Positions 1 to 9,395 of a DNA stretch of 64,000 bases are shown piece after piece (within the stretch, counting starts at the first letter, position 1; the number at the start of each line of letters is the position of its first letter). A program made the position numbers and the translations under genes. Source of the DNA: a virus. The notes beneath the pieces are model-generated. The model saw only the letters and a program-made list of their open reading frames with translations, was not told the DNA's origin and searched no databases. Where the stretch lies: positions 3,513 through 67,512 of IMG/VR virus record IMGVR_UViG_3300024581_003939, one strand, 5' to 3'.

Positions 1-232
1 AATCATCATAATCAACCCATGAATTATTAAGTTCGTCTTCTAGTTCTTTGTCAATTTCTTCATAGAATTTTTTAAAAACTTCGTATGCAGACATTCTTTC
101 GAATTCAAAAACAATATTTCCAAAATCATTTTTAATTCGAAAATTTCCATTTTCGTCTTTTTCTAAAGCAACACCTTCGACGTCTCCGTCGGGTGTTGCA
201 ATATTAATTTTTCTTACTTTTTGCCAACCCAT
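1..232 (-). CDS. hypothetical protein, truncated by window edge
   Basis: ATG at 232 directly after the stop of the upstream ORF; frame stays open to base 1 (MGWQKVRKINIATPDG...). Confidence 0.6.
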   Translation of the reverse strand, partial: MGWQKVRKINIATPDGDVEGVALEKDENGNFRIKNDFGNIVFEFERMSAYEVFKKFYEEIDKELEDELNNSWVDYDD

Positions 233-415
233 TTAAGATTCTCCAAAAAGTTTTTTAAGCTTAATGAATTCCTTTGTATCGCAGATTAGAATTCTGTTTC
301 CGTTCTTTGCCAATGTATAAAACGTATAACCACTCATCTCTGTTTTTTCAATACTGATTTCGTGCTTTTTATTTCCGTAACCTTTAACGCTTACAGCTTT
401 TTTATTTTCATTCAT
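233..415 (-). CDS. hypothetical protein
   Basis: 60-aa ORF overlapping the upstream gene by ATGA. Confidence 0.55.
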   Translation of the reverse strand: MNENKKAVSVKGYGNKKHEISIEKTEMSGYTFYTLAKNGNRILICDTKEFIKLKKLFGES

Positions 416-642
416 CGAATTACGCCCTCAAGTTGTTCAACGATGTTGTCAAGTTGTACAGTACTGTCACCTAATTGAGTTCTAATTTTTGCAACCTGAA
501 TTGCTTTCTTGATTACTTTAGGCTCAATTCCGTGATTGTCTTTCAAGTCTTCAATCAAGATTTTTTTATCTTCTTGGAGACATTTAATTTCATCCTCTAT
601 TGCTTTGTATTTATCGATAAAGTTTTTAAGTTCGTCTGTCAT
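412..642 (-). CDS. DUF2312/GapR/T4 DsbA-like dsDNA-binding protein
   Basis: ELKNFIDKYKAIEDEIKCLQEDKKILIEDLKDNHGIEPKVIKKAIQVAK fits the coiled-coil pattern of this family. Confidence 0.6.
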   Translation of the reverse strand: MTDELKNFIDKYKAIEDEIKCLQEDKKILIEDLKDNHGIEPKVIKKAIQVAKIRTQLGDSTVQLDNIVEQLEGVIR

Positions 643-674
643 ATTTGACTCCTTTGTTATATTGTTTTTTTATA

Positions 675-908
675 TTATTGTGCTTTTAGTTTATTTACAA
701 GTTTTATATCTATCGCTGTTACGTCAACATTATAAATCCCTTTGGGCGTTAAAATTCTGTAGAAAGTCATGCTTCTTGTTCCAGACAGATATCCTCTTTT
801 TTGCGTCTCTATGTGCAGAACTATTCCACAAAGTTCTTCAATAAAGTCAAAACGTTTCATTACGTATCTGTCGAATACTATGAAATCGCCAATCTCAATC
901 TTGTTCAT
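675..908 (-). CDS. small SH3/KOW-like hypothetical protein
   Basis: IEIGDFI...GIVL beta-barrel-like pattern. Confidence 0.5.
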   Translation of the reverse strand: MNKIEIGDFIVFDRYVMKRFDFIEELCGIVLHIETQKRGYLSGTRSMTFYRILTPKGIYNVDVTAIDIKLVNKLKAQ

Positions 909-1092
909 CTGGAAACCTACTCAACAATTGAATTTGAGCACCTCTCAGTCTAATTAGCTTTCCTTTGTGAAGAATAGTTCCTAACTTTTGAGTTTTGTCA
1001 TATTTAACCAACAACCCTGTTTCCCAATTCCCGTATGTCTTTGAGAAGATATCAATCATAAATCTTATCCTTACCAAATCACCGGGTTTCAT
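895..1092 (-). CDS. small SH3/KOW-like hypothetical protein
   Basis: MKPGDLVRI...GLLVK. Confidence 0.55.
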   Translation of the reverse strand: MKPGDLVRIRFMIDIFSKTYGNWETGLLVKYDKTQKLGTILHKGKLIRLRGAQIQLLSRFPDEQD

Positions 1093-1274
1093 AACACGGG
1101 TTCGATCTCTGTTTCATCGCCATGAATGATACTTCCGTTTGATAAAAGTATATTCCAACTATTAAATGGGATGTCACAACGCTTTAAAAGAATTCCTATG
1201 TAGAAATTATTCTCAGCATTAATTGATGACGACGTCTTTGCAAACGTCCACTTGACTAAGTCACCTGGTTTCAT
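1089..1274 (-). CDS. small SH3/KOW-like hypothetical protein
   Basis: MKPGDLVKW...GILLK; resembles its neighbour. Confidence 0.55.
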   Translation of the reverse strand: MKPGDLVKWTFAKTSSSINAENNFYIGILLKRCDIPFNSWNILLSNGSIIHGDETEIEPVL

Positions 1275-1276
1275 AT

Positions 1277-2518
1277 TTACTCCTTGTCGTTTCTAAAACA
1301 CACAAATGTAGGAAATCGTAAAGATCCGTCAGGTGTTTCTTCTTGATACCTTACCTCGATTATTCTACCGATGTGGCTGTCACGATCTTTCCAAATAGCC
1401 TCTCTCAGTTCGTCATTTAACCCAGAACCAACATTAACTTCAACGCCTTTATAATCTACCAAGAAGCTTCCTAACTTACCCTGGTGTTTACCTGTGCCTT
1501 CTTTAAGACCTACGATAGGACAGTCTGCGTCAAAGAAAGCTTTGTACTTCATCACAGACCAGTCTCGACCAAAACTATAGAGTGCGTCTGTGTCTTTAAT
1601 CATGATCCCTTCATATCCTTGCGAGACCCACCTGTCATGAGTTTCTTTTAGCACTTCTTCTGAAGGCATTAACTCAGCTTCGTATGGAACAGTTTTCAAA
1701 TATTTATTAGCTGACTCTATCACGTTAGCTTTTAAAATGTTTTTTCGACTCTTGAGACTATATGACCCTTCTTTTTTTCTCCACTCTTCTGGAGTTAAGT
1801 AATCAAAGATTGCAAAATACACATCACTGATGTTTTTGTCTTCTTTCCTATAAACCTGTCGCATCAGATCAGTGAAGTCATTACTCATAATTTCCCCGTC
1901 ATAACATCCAGAGACTAATTGTGAAAGTTCTTTACCGATTGTGTCATCAAAATTAGTGATAAGCTTTCCAGCTCGTGTAAAGAGTTTTGTCTCACCGTTC
2001 TCTACAATAGCTAGGCATCTAATACCGTCGAGTTTTGGTTCAATATAAACCCATTCACTCATTCTCTTTCTTTCGAATTTCTGAGCCAGTGCTACATCAA
2101 ACGTTGGAATGAAGTTAGGCTGAACTTTATTAAGAGACTTTGTGGAAACACCAATTGCTAAATTCTTTTTAAGAACTTTTCTCATCCATTTTTCCTGGGC
2201 TTCAGAACACTGTTGGAAAGTTGAATGAATTAAATTGATTGCTGCATTTCCTGTTACTTCTCTTTTAGAGCATGCATCGGCATTTAAAATAAATAATTTC
2301 CATGCTTCTTGAGGTTCTATTGGTTTTCTATTTTCTTTTTTTACTTTTGGAACTTTTACAACGTGAAAGGAACGATACGGGTTGAACGTATAACTCATTA
2401 GTGTTGAGAAGTACAAGTTATTAAGATACTCTTTTAAAAGAGCTTTTTTTGCATTTGTTCCCTTTGCTGCTGCTAAATTTTCAAAACAGTCCAAAACTTT
2501 GTCTTTAACATAATCCAT
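1277..2518 (-). CDS. lig: ATP-dependent DNA ligase
   Basis: motif I EPKLDGIRC, YDGEI, EGIMIK, KYK; C-terminal OB domain ending LRFPTF. Confidence 0.95.
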   Translation of the reverse strand: MDYVKDKVLDCFENLAAAKGTNAKKALLKEYLNNLYFSTLMSYTFNPYRSFHVVKVPKVKKENRKPIEPQEAWKLFILNADACSKREVTGNAAINLIHSTFQQCSEAQEKWMRKVLKKNLAIGVSTKSLNKVQPNFIPTFDVALAQKFERKRMSEWVYIEPKLDGIRCLAIVENGETKLFTRAGKLITNFDDTIGKELSQLVSGCYDGEIMSNDFTDLMRQVYRKEDKNISDVYFAIFDYLTPEEWRKKEGSYSLKSRKNILKANVIESANKYLKTVPYEAELMPSEEVLKETHDRWVSQGYEGIMIKDTDALYSFGRDWSVMKYKAFFDADCPIVGLKEGTGKHQGKLGSFLVDYKGVEVNVGSGLNDELREAIWKDRDSHIGRIIEVRYQEETPDGSLRFPTFVCFRNDKE

Positions 2519-2525
2519 GTTAATT

Positions 2526-2573
2526 CCTCCTGCGGTTTATTCATAGTATAACACAAGAGGTAACTAATTACAT
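2526..2573 (-). promoter_or_regulatory. ligase promoter ATGTAA-N17-TATACT with flanking inverted repeat covering the RBS
   Basis: -35 at 2568-2573, -10 at 2545-2550; arms CCTCTTGTG (2552-2560) and CGCAGGAGG (2526-2534). Confidence 0.7.
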
Positions 2574-2574
2574 T

Positions 2575-3759
2575 TTATCCTGCTGGTACAACTGCATTAA
2601 ATGCATCAGCTATTTCTTGATTTGAAACATCATCTCGGAGCATACGCATTAAAAGAATCACGTCATCAGCATCCGGATTGTTATCTTTAAGATACTGAAT
2701 ATGTTCTGCTTTAAATTTTCCAACGCCTATATTTATCCCTTCAACACTCGTTTTAATCTGACGTATCCTTGTTAGTACTTCAGTCTGACCTGACTTATTA
2801 TAGATATTTAAATACTGACATCTTGAAACGTTATACTCCAGAGGCATCCCCTCTTCTTTGGGTGATAATGAACTTTCATCTGAGTCTGGTTCGCCTGTTA
2901 TACATCCGTGATACTTTTCTTTAATAACCGGTTTAAGATAATTTCTAATGTCTTGACTGCCTTCGTCTTGATTATCTGAATAATTTAAAAGCGGTATTTC
3001 GTTTTGGTTATCAGCTGTAATTGTTCCTGGGTAAACAATCTTATATCGCTCTAAAGCCCTGTTTGCTAAGTTTGTTATTAAGTCTTTTCCACCAGTTGAA
3101 AATTCATCGTCAAAAGCATGGCTTAATTCATGAAATATTGTCTCTCTTACAGCATTATCAAATGATCCCCAACCATCAACGTCATCGTTAGCGATAAGGC
3201 TCAATGCTGCTCTAAGTTTTTGTGCATATTCATTTTTCCCTAAGTGCTTAGAAAATGAGTCTGTATTAACGGAAACTTCCCCATTGAAAAAAGCACCTTT
3301 AACATCCAAACCCTGATTTTTGCTTTTTCTAAAAAACTCTCGCCACTCTTGATTGTTTGTATCCATGGAAAGTTTAATATCATCAAACTTTTCTTTCGTT
3401 GTTTTAATAATTTGAGGGATGTTGTTTAGATAGTAAGGATCATTTTGATCAGTTACATCTCTATATCTCTGCTCTCTTTCTTTCGGTACGATCAATTCAA
3501 GAATATCATTTAAGCCCTTTTCTGAATACGCCATGGAAGCTTTTTTAGAGAGTATACTCTTTACTTTTTCTCTTAATTTATTTGTCAGGTCGTTAGAATA
3601 TAATTTTCTTATAAAAGAATTCTTTGCATCTTCAAAGTTTTTATTTATTATTGATTCCATTTTAACAAAACTTTGGTCACTGCTATCTGTCTCAGAATTT
3701 TCTTCTTCATTGAGGTAAGATTCAATAATAATGTTCAATTGTCTTCTTGTCAGTCTCAT
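2575..3759 (-). CDS. putative zincin metallopeptidase with virion-type leader
   Basis: HELSH (HExxH) motif; N-terminus MRLTRRQLNIIIESYLNE. Confidence 0.55.
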   Translation of the reverse strand: MRLTRRQLNIIIESYLNEEENSETDSSDQSFVKMESIINKNFEDAKNSFIRKLYSNDLTNKLREKVKSILSKKASMAYSEKGLNDILELIVPKEREQRYRDVTDQNDPYYLNNIPQIIKTTKEKFDDIKLSMDTNNQEWREFFRKSKNQGLDVKGAFFNGEVSVNTDSFSKHLGKNEYAQKLRAALSLIANDDVDGWGSFDNAVRETIFHELSHAFDDEFSTGGKDLITNLANRALERYKIVYPGTITADNQNEIPLLNYSDNQDEGSQDIRNYLKPVIKEKYHGCITGEPDSDESSLSPKEEGMPLEYNVSRCQYLNIYNKSGQTEVLTRIRQIKTSVEGINIGVGKFKAEHIQYLKDNNPDADDVILLMRMLRDDVSNQEIADAFNAVVPAG

Positions 3760-3776
3760 GGTTATAACTATCTTTA

Positions 3777-4046
3777 CTATTTTCTTTTAACACTCTTTAG
3801 CTGCTTTTCATCATCACCACAATAGTCATGATGAATTGTCACAAATCTAAACTCTGACTGGTCAATAAGCTGATAATAATAAGAATTAGTGGGTTCGTGA
3901 ACGTGTGATGATCTTACTTCGGCAAATCTAATTTTATTGTTTCTATCTAGATAATAGCAAAAGTCGCCAGCTTGATACACGTCTGTTTCTTTTTCATCAC
4001 TTGCTTTTTCTTTTTTTAGTTTTTTTGTCTTTGTCTTTTTGGCCAA
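3777..4046 (-). CDS. hypothetical protein
   Basis: TTG start with AGGAG RBS; SH3-like YQAGDFCYY. Confidence 0.55.
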   Translation of the reverse strand: MAKKTKTKKLKKEKASDEKETDVYQAGDFCYYLDRNNKIRFAEVRSSHVHEPTNSYYYQLIDQSEFRFVTIHHDYCGDDEKQLKSVKRK

Positions 4047-4293
4047 CGGTCACTCCTTTTTTATTACTATACTGAAGTATTTCATAAATTACATAAAGTG
4101 ACACCCAGTTTATTCCGCCCTGAGAATTCTGTATTTTCATTGTCTTGTTGTCGACTTCTAAGACAATACCTATGATGTGGTCATTATCTAAACTAACTTT
4201 GATTAAATCACCAATGTTAACGCAAGCTTTTACCGAAGTATCTCTGCGTTTTATATTGATTAGATCTTCAATAGTCAACCTAGTATATGCCAA
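3997..4293 (-). CDS. hypothetical SH3-like protein
   Basis: VNIGDLIKV...IGIVLEV; basic tail. Confidence 0.55.
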   Translation of the reverse strand: MAYTRLTIEDLINIKRRDTSVKACVNIGDLIKVSLDNDHIIGIVLEVDNKTMKIQNSQGGINWVSLYVIYEILQYSNKKGVTVGQKDKDKKTKKRKSK

Positions 4294-4300
4294 AATTTCC

Positions 4301-4744
4301 TCATTTAATTTTCAATGCTCGTCTAATATCATCTACAGAAGCCGGTGATCTTTGTGTTTTCATTTTCTTTTTCATGTTGTCGATTGTCTGATCGATTGAT
4401 TTGCCTACTTGCGTCTTATCCAAGTCAATAATCTTTTTAAGCCCAGCAACGGAATCTTCTTTTGCACTAGTTATTCCAACAGCTGCAAGTGTAACGTAGT
4501 CCATTACAGTTTTGTTGCCAGGAGTTTCTCCGTCAATACTAAACTGAAGATCACCTACGTCGTCTTTGAAGAATTTAACTTCTTTTTGTTCACCGTCTAC
4601 TTCGATCACAAAGGGTTCAATATTGTCAAATTCATCTTTCCCGCTATCAGTAGCTTCATCTTCAGATTCGGTGTCAGCGTTTTCTTCTTCTTCAAAAATA
4701 ATCGATTCAATCAGGCTTTTGAGTTCTCGCTTAGTTATTTTCAT
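4301..4744 (-). CDS. hypothetical protein with virion-type leader
   Basis: MKITKRELKSLIESIIFE followed by an acidic stretch. Confidence 0.7.
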   Translation of the reverse strand: MKITKRELKSLIESIIFEEEENADTESEDEATDSGKDEFDNIEPFVIEVDGEQKEVKFFKDDVGDLQFSIDGETPGNKTVMDYVTLAAVGITSAKEDSVAGLKKIIDLDKTQVGKSIDQTIDNMKKKMKTQRSPASVDDIRRALKIK

Positions 4745-4774
4745 TGTTTTCCTCTATAAGTATAAATATCTTTT

Positions 4775-4810
4775 AAAAAATAAAAAAGCACCTCATTGGA
4801 GATGCTCTTT
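4775..4810 (-). terminator. intrinsic terminator after rpsU
   Basis: AGCATCTC-CAAT-GAGGTGCT stem followed by a T-run. Confidence 0.75.
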
Positions 4811-4827
4811 AGAATTCGAAGTAATTA

Positions 4828-5028
4828 TTAGCTATTGCGTGATCTCTTAGCATTTTTTCTTCTTCTTTTTTCAGCACGTGCTTTTTTCTTTTTCTTTTTA
4901 ACTGATGGTTTATCGTAATGCATACATTCTTTTGCACGACGTAATATTCCTTCTTTGTCTACTAGACGTTTAAATCTACGAATAATCTTTTCACCTGTTT
5001 CATTTTTTCTTGACTTTACTGTTGCCAT
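4828..5028 (-). CDS. rpsU: ribosomal protein bS21
   Basis: MATVKSRKNETGEKIIRRFKRLVDKEGILRRAKECMHYDKPS plus basic tail; ATG at 5028 with AGGAG (ORF-track start at 5070 is over-extended). Confidence 0.9.
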   Translation of the reverse strand: MATVKSRKNETGEKIIRRFKRLVDKEGILRRAKECMHYDKPSVKKKKKKARAEKRRRKNAKRSRNS

Positions 5029-5036
5029 TTTTTCTC

Positions 5037-5981
5037 CTATTGAATATATCCTGTACCAATTACTTCCCACCAGCTGTAGCTTTCAATTGTTCCACCAAAA
5101 TCAGCGTATTCTTTCTTTTCTATTCTGTGACGCATCATATGAATAGAGACTAGATTGCCACTCTGATACTGCTGAAAATAAGATCCAGGAATCATCATAT
5201 AACCTACATCTTCTGATTTACAAATAGTCGTACCGTAATAAGCACTTCCATCATAACTATAAACAGATATATGGATTGTGAAGAAGCTATTAGCATCACC
5301 ACTAGGGCCCCATGTAAAGACATTGTTTCCGTTTCTATTAATAGGCGCTTGAAAAGCGTAACTAGGGTCAACGTAAAGCATTTGATATGGTTCAATATAG
5401 TCAAAACCGCGCAATGTCTCTACAACGTTATCTGCTGTTTTATTTTGAACACTTAAGTTGTGTGACGTATTTCTTCTAAAACTACTTTCCTGTATATAAC
5501 TATTTTCATAAATTACGCCTGTTTGATCACTAGTTTTGTTTAGTTGAATGTTATCACCAAATGTATTTAAAAGGCTTACAGTCTGTCCCATATCCACGTT
5601 AGGTGCAGAAACTGATGACTCATAATAATCTCTGCAACCGTCAATTCTAGGTATCCAGCTTGTATGTTCGCCTGTTGATGCTTGATGGAATCTTACTTTT
5701 GCCGTTGTATTTATTTCTTGCTGCAAACCCATGCAGTAAGGACACGAAGCCTGCATCAGACCTATCTCAACGTAACCAATAGTTTTGCTAAGGTCTTGGG
5801 TTGAAGTATCGGACGTATTTGTATCTGTTTCTTCTGTTGTGTCATTTACACTATAACCCGTGTCAGTAAAAACTGTATCCGATGAAGAATCACCTCCTTC
5901 ACTTTCAATTGTTTTGGAAATATAGACGTCGCCACCGCATGCTATGATCGCTGCAGTTAGTACTGTTAAGATTGTTTTCAT
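5037..5981 (-). CDS. putative lipoprotein
   Basis: signal peptide MKTILTVLTAAIIA-C; Thr/Asp-rich linker; CxxC. Confidence 0.65.
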   Translation of the reverse strand: MKTILTVLTAAIIACGGDVYISKTIESEGGDSSSDTVFTDTGYSVNDTTEETDTNTSDTSTQDLSKTIGYVEIGLMQASCPYCMGLQQEINTTAKVRFHQASTGEHTSWIPRIDGCRDYYESSVSAPNVDMGQTVSLLNTFGDNIQLNKTSDQTGVIYENSYIQESSFRRNTSHNLSVQNKTADNVVETLRGFDYIEPYQMLYVDPSYAFQAPINRNGNNVFTWGPSGDANSFFTIHISVYSYDGSAYYGTTICKSEDVGYMMIPGSYFQQYQSGNLVSIHMMRHRIEKKEYADFGGTIESYSWWEVIGTGYIQ

Positions 5982-6110
5982 TTGCGTTCCTACCTTTTTG
6001 ATATTATATGCAAGTCTAGTCGATTGTTAATGTTACCTTCGCTGTATCGTTGTTTTATATTTATTAAGAAAACGGGTTATAATTTAAAAAATTACAAGGA
6101 GTATACAGTT

Positions 6111-6797
6111 ATGGAAAAAATTTATCTCTATGATGACAATATTGGATCTGTTGAATATGTACAACACATGGGAGACGATCTTACGATTGTTAATTCAGCA
6201 CGTGTAAGCTTTGGAAAGCAAAAGGAGGATCTAGATGAAAGAGATGAAAAGCTCATTAAATACCTCATCAAACATCAACACACCAGTACGCTGGAACATA
6301 ATGTTGTTACTTTTAGGTTTTGTGTTCCTCTTTTCGTTCGTAGTCAGCACCATCGCCATCGGACATGGTCCTACAATGAAATATCTCGTAGGTATACTGA
6401 TGTGAACTTACAGTTCTATTCGCCCAAAGAATTTAGGACTCAGCACAAGAGCAATCGTCAAGCAAGTAATACAGACAACCTCATCAATCCAACTGTTGCA
6501 CCGTTGTTTCTTGACACGTACTCTACTGCATCTCAAGCTATATCTGAGTGGCATACGCAGTCTCTAGATCTATTTGACAAACTTATTGAATCTGGCGTAT
6601 GCAGAGAACAAGCAAGAGGTGTTTTACCCCAGAATCTCTACACCGAGTATTACGGAACTACAAACCTCAACAACTTAATTAAGTTTATCAAGCTTAGAAC
6701 TCACGATGGTGCACAACAAGAAATTCGTGTAGTCGCTGAAGCGTGCAAAAAAATAGCAACCGACTTGTGGCCAGTTGCTATGAAACACCTAGAATAG
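6111..6797 (+). CDS. thyX: FAD-dependent thymidylate synthase
   Basis: RHRTWSYNEISRRY signature; ATG at 6111 with AAGGAG and upstream TATAAT. Confidence 0.95.
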   Translation: MEKIYLYDDNIGSVEYVQHMGDDLTIVNSARVSFGKQKEDLDERDEKLIKYLIKHQHTSTLEHNVVTFRFCVPLFVRSQHHRHRTWSYNEISRRYTDVNLQFYSPKEFRTQHKSNRQASNTDNLINPTVAPLFLDTYSTASQAISEWHTQSLDLFDKLIESGVCREQARGVLPQNLYTEYYGTTNLNNLIKFIKLRTHDGAQQEIRVVAEACKKIATDLWPVAMKHLE

Positions 6798-6802
6798 AAA
6801 GT

Positions 6803-8086
6803 TTATTTTCTAATCGATTCAAAAATGGTGCGTCGTATTGAACTTCGCACCATTTTTCTTATGGTGCTTTCTGTCATAGTGGTAGGTGCAGGCGTTGTTG
6901 CTGGATTTGCAAAATTACCAAACATACCTGTCACAATAAACTCACCTGTTATCTTAAACGGATATCTACTAAACTGTTGATTTCTAATAACAACACCTTC
7001 ATGATCAGTTTCGTCCGGATTAATACCGCTAGCAATCAAATCTCCAAAGTCACTTGTTAATCCTAAAAGAAAACGTTGTCCTAATTTTCTTGTTGCATGA
7101 AGAATGATTACACCGTTGATCAAAGACCTAACATGCTCAGGGGGTACAATATCATCTACGTTAACACCGTCTTGAATAATTGACAAATACGTTGCTTTGT
7201 GATACGGATTAATCTTTTTTCCGTCTAGCTTTGGTAATTCTACATCATAGTGAGGTGCATAATATTGTGCTGGTTTTTGCTCAATTGACATTAACCAGTT
7301 TTGCAAGCTAGCCCCTTGAAGACTTCTTAACTCCGGATCTTGTGCCAAATAACTTTCAGAAACAGGTATTGTGATTGTCTCGAGAAGCGCAGGCTCATAA
7401 TTGATTTCATTGTTTTCAAGAGTTCTTACTGGGACAGGTCCAACAACTGTGAAAGGAGGATCCATAGTTTGAGCGACAGCATTAGCTTTTTCTACCAATG
7501 ATGCCAATGCTGCCTTGTCATACGGAACTTCAACACTCTTGTCTTTTGTTGGTTCATCCTTACCTTTTCTCGGATTAAACATTAAAGGTTTTTCAAGACC
7601 GGGTCGAGTTACTTTTCTATAAGTTGACTCATAAAAAGCATTGACACCGTGCAAAAATATATAATTTCCGTCATAAGCTGTTGCATTACTAGTACCTGCC
7701 TCAGCAAACTCTGTATTAATAAAGTAGTGAGGGTTGTCATATAATCCCAGTGCTCTTAATTCGTCCTCAATTCCTGCTTGCCTCATAATTGTTAAAACAG
7801 TAGGTATAGCGTTTCTCATGCCGTGATCTTCTTTTGGAAAGCGATCAACGATATTGTTAAAACCAATTCCGGGAACATCAGCATATGCTCCTCTATCAAC
7901 AACGATCTGTTCATTTTCGTCAACTTTAAAAGAAACATTTGAACCGTCGAATTTTACATTAGGCACATCTCCTTCACCAGTCCCTACTAGTAATTTTAAA
8001 TCTTCAAATATATTGATTAAGTCTTCACCTGACTGCACTGATTGCAGATCGAAGGGATGTCTCATGTGTCCAGCTGCACCGCCCAT
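6803..8086 (-). CDS. RNA/DNA-ligase-fold nucleotidyltransferase-like protein
   Basis: MGGAAGHMRHPFD start; motif I-like VKFDGSN; motif IV-like HEGVVIR and KITG. Confidence 0.55.
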   Translation of the reverse strand: MGGAAGHMRHPFDLQSVQSGEDLINIFEDLKLLVGTGEGDVPNVKFDGSNVSFKVDENEQIVVDRGAYADVPGIGFNNIVDRFPKEDHGMRNAIPTVLTIMRQAGIEDELRALGLYDNPHYFINTEFAEAGTSNATAYDGNYIFLHGVNAFYESTYRKVTRPGLEKPLMFNPRKGKDEPTKDKSVEVPYDKAALASLVEKANAVAQTMDPPFTVVGPVPVRTLENNEINYEPALLETITIPVSESYLAQDPELRSLQGASLQNWLMSIEQKPAQYYAPHYDVELPKLDGKKINPYHKATYLSIIQDGVNVDDIVPPEHVRSLINGVIILHATRKLGQRFLLGLTSDFGDLIASGINPDETDHEGVVIRNQQFSRYPFKITGEFIVTGMFGNFANPATTPAPTTMTESTIRKMVRSSIRRTIFESIRK

Positions 8087-8102
8087 AATTATTTTCTCCT
8101 AT

Positions 8103-8714
8103 TTAAATCCAGTCGTCATCGTCATCGTCATCTGAAACATCTACGTCGCTAGATGATGAAGTATTAAGTTTGATATCATCTTTGGTAGGTGTCACAAATA
8201 CATTAGTACTAGCATATATATCATCTTCGTCAGGAATGTTCTTTTTGATAGGTTTCTTATCTTCTGAAGATTTTCTAATAATCGAATCAAGCCTAGAAGT
8301 AATATTAGGTTTTGGTATTTTTAAAGCAGGCTTGCTAACAGGATCTTTAGGGCCGGCAGGACTTTGTACTTCAGAACCAAACGGGATTCCTAACAAGAAA
8401 GATCTAGTCATTTCAAGAAGATGAGCTCTAAAATCTTCCACTTCATCAAATTCTTGATAGGCATCTACGTATTCATCGACGATAGTCCATCCTTCGTTTT
8501 TCCATTGTTCGATCAGACCTTGCACCGGACTGATTCCTTTCGCTTCACGTGTATAGATAAATGTCAATCGCACTCTTGTTGTTGTGGGTGCTGATGGTCC
8601 GTACGACCACATAACAGCATGCATATCTGAAGTTACGTTAACAGCTTCATCTGCAAGATAAGACTGTGTATACAGCATTCGTGTTTCGTAGTTAGTTTTA
8701 AAAGATGACATCAT
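8103..8714 (-). CDS. hypothetical protein
   Basis: 203-aa ORF with AGGAG RBS and acidic tail. Confidence 0.65.
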   Translation of the reverse strand: MMSSFKTNYETRMLYTQSYLADEAVNVTSDMHAVMWSYGPSAPTTTRVRLTFIYTREAKGISPVQGLIEQWKNEGWTIVDEYVDAYQEFDEVEDFRAHLLEMTRSFLLGIPFGSEVQSPAGPKDPVSKPALKIPKPNITSRLDSIIRKSSEDKKPIKKNIPDEDDIYASTNVFVTPTKDDIKLNTSSSSDVDVSDDDDDDDWI

Positions 8715-8914
8715 TTTTCTCCTAGTAAGTCAAAATAGCCTTCAACAATTAATATTGCGAATTCGCTGTATTTAATCTTGTTATTTCCAATTATAGCCCA
8801 TTTTTGGGCTGGGTTTATATTGCCGATAATATTATCTTTATCATATATGATATTATTTTTAATGTTAAAGTTGAAGTGTTTGCAGTAATCTTGTAGATAA
8901 ACGTCATCTGCCAT
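8711..8914 (-). CDS. hypothetical protein
   Basis: 67-aa ORF coupled to its neighbours. Confidence 0.5.
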   Translation of the reverse strand: MADDVYLQDYCKHFNFNIKNNIIYDKDNIIGNINPAQKWAIIGNNKIKYSEFAILIVEGYFDLLGEK

Positions 8915-8915
8915 T

Positions 8916-9143
8916 TTATTTCCTTTTTTTATTTTTAAACGCCTTGCTTATTTTAACAGGATTCTTTTCTTGTTGCATTTCTGGTTCTTCTTCTTGCAAA
9001 CCTAAATACTGGTTTAAGGTCGGATAAGATTTAAAATATATAGGGTGACCTACACCGTAACCTTTTCCTCCTCTAACTTTTAATATATTGTCGTTTTCAG
9101 CGAGAAGCTTAATAATTTTTTGTATAATTTCTTTGTCTGTCAT
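8916..9143 (-). CDS. hypothetical protein
   Basis: 75-aa ORF in an operon-like run. Confidence 0.55.
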   Translation of the reverse strand: MTDKEIIQKIIKLLAENDNILKVRGGKGYGVGHPIYFKSYPTLNQYLGLQEEEPEMQQEKNPVKISKAFKNKKRK

Positions 9144-9270
9144 TTCTAATACCCTTTGTTAGTCCGTTAAACAATAAATAAGTATATACAGCACTTGAAA
9201 CTAGCACAGCTTCTGCAATTTGCTTTTTATGTTTTTTAATTAAAAAAGCAGCTTTAAGAATATTCATCAT
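9109..9270 (-). CDS. small hypothetical membrane protein
   Basis: MMNILKAAF...; ATG overlaps the upstream stop (ATGA). Confidence 0.4.
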   Translation of the reverse strand: MMNILKAAFLIKKHKKQIAEAVLVSSAVYTYLLFNGLTKGIRNDRQRNYTKNY

Positions 9271-9395
9271 AGTATCTCTCTTGTAATGAAAAGAAATACA
9301 GATATTAGTCCTACGACAAATATAATACTCCATCCAACATTATGAATAACATCGATAGCTTTTTCTAATTTTTTATATTTTTCTTCTTTGGCCAA
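9267..9395 (-). CDS. 42-aa single-TM peptide (not in ORF track)
   Basis: TTG start after GGAG; LAKEEKYKKLEKAIDVIHNVGWSIIFVVGLISVFLFITREIL. Confidence 0.5.
   Translation of the reverse strand: MAKEEKYKKLEKAIDVIHNVGWSIIFVVGLISVFLFITREIL

Noticed and set aside
1097-1110. GGGTTCGAT tRNA T-loop-like string
   Set aside because: It lies inside a coding region with no cloverleaf. No tRNA was seen, and all intergenic gaps are short.
5982-6110. TTG-started extension of thyX
   Set aside because: This stretch holds a TATAAT box and the AAGGAG RBS, and the ThyX-like sequence starts at 6111.
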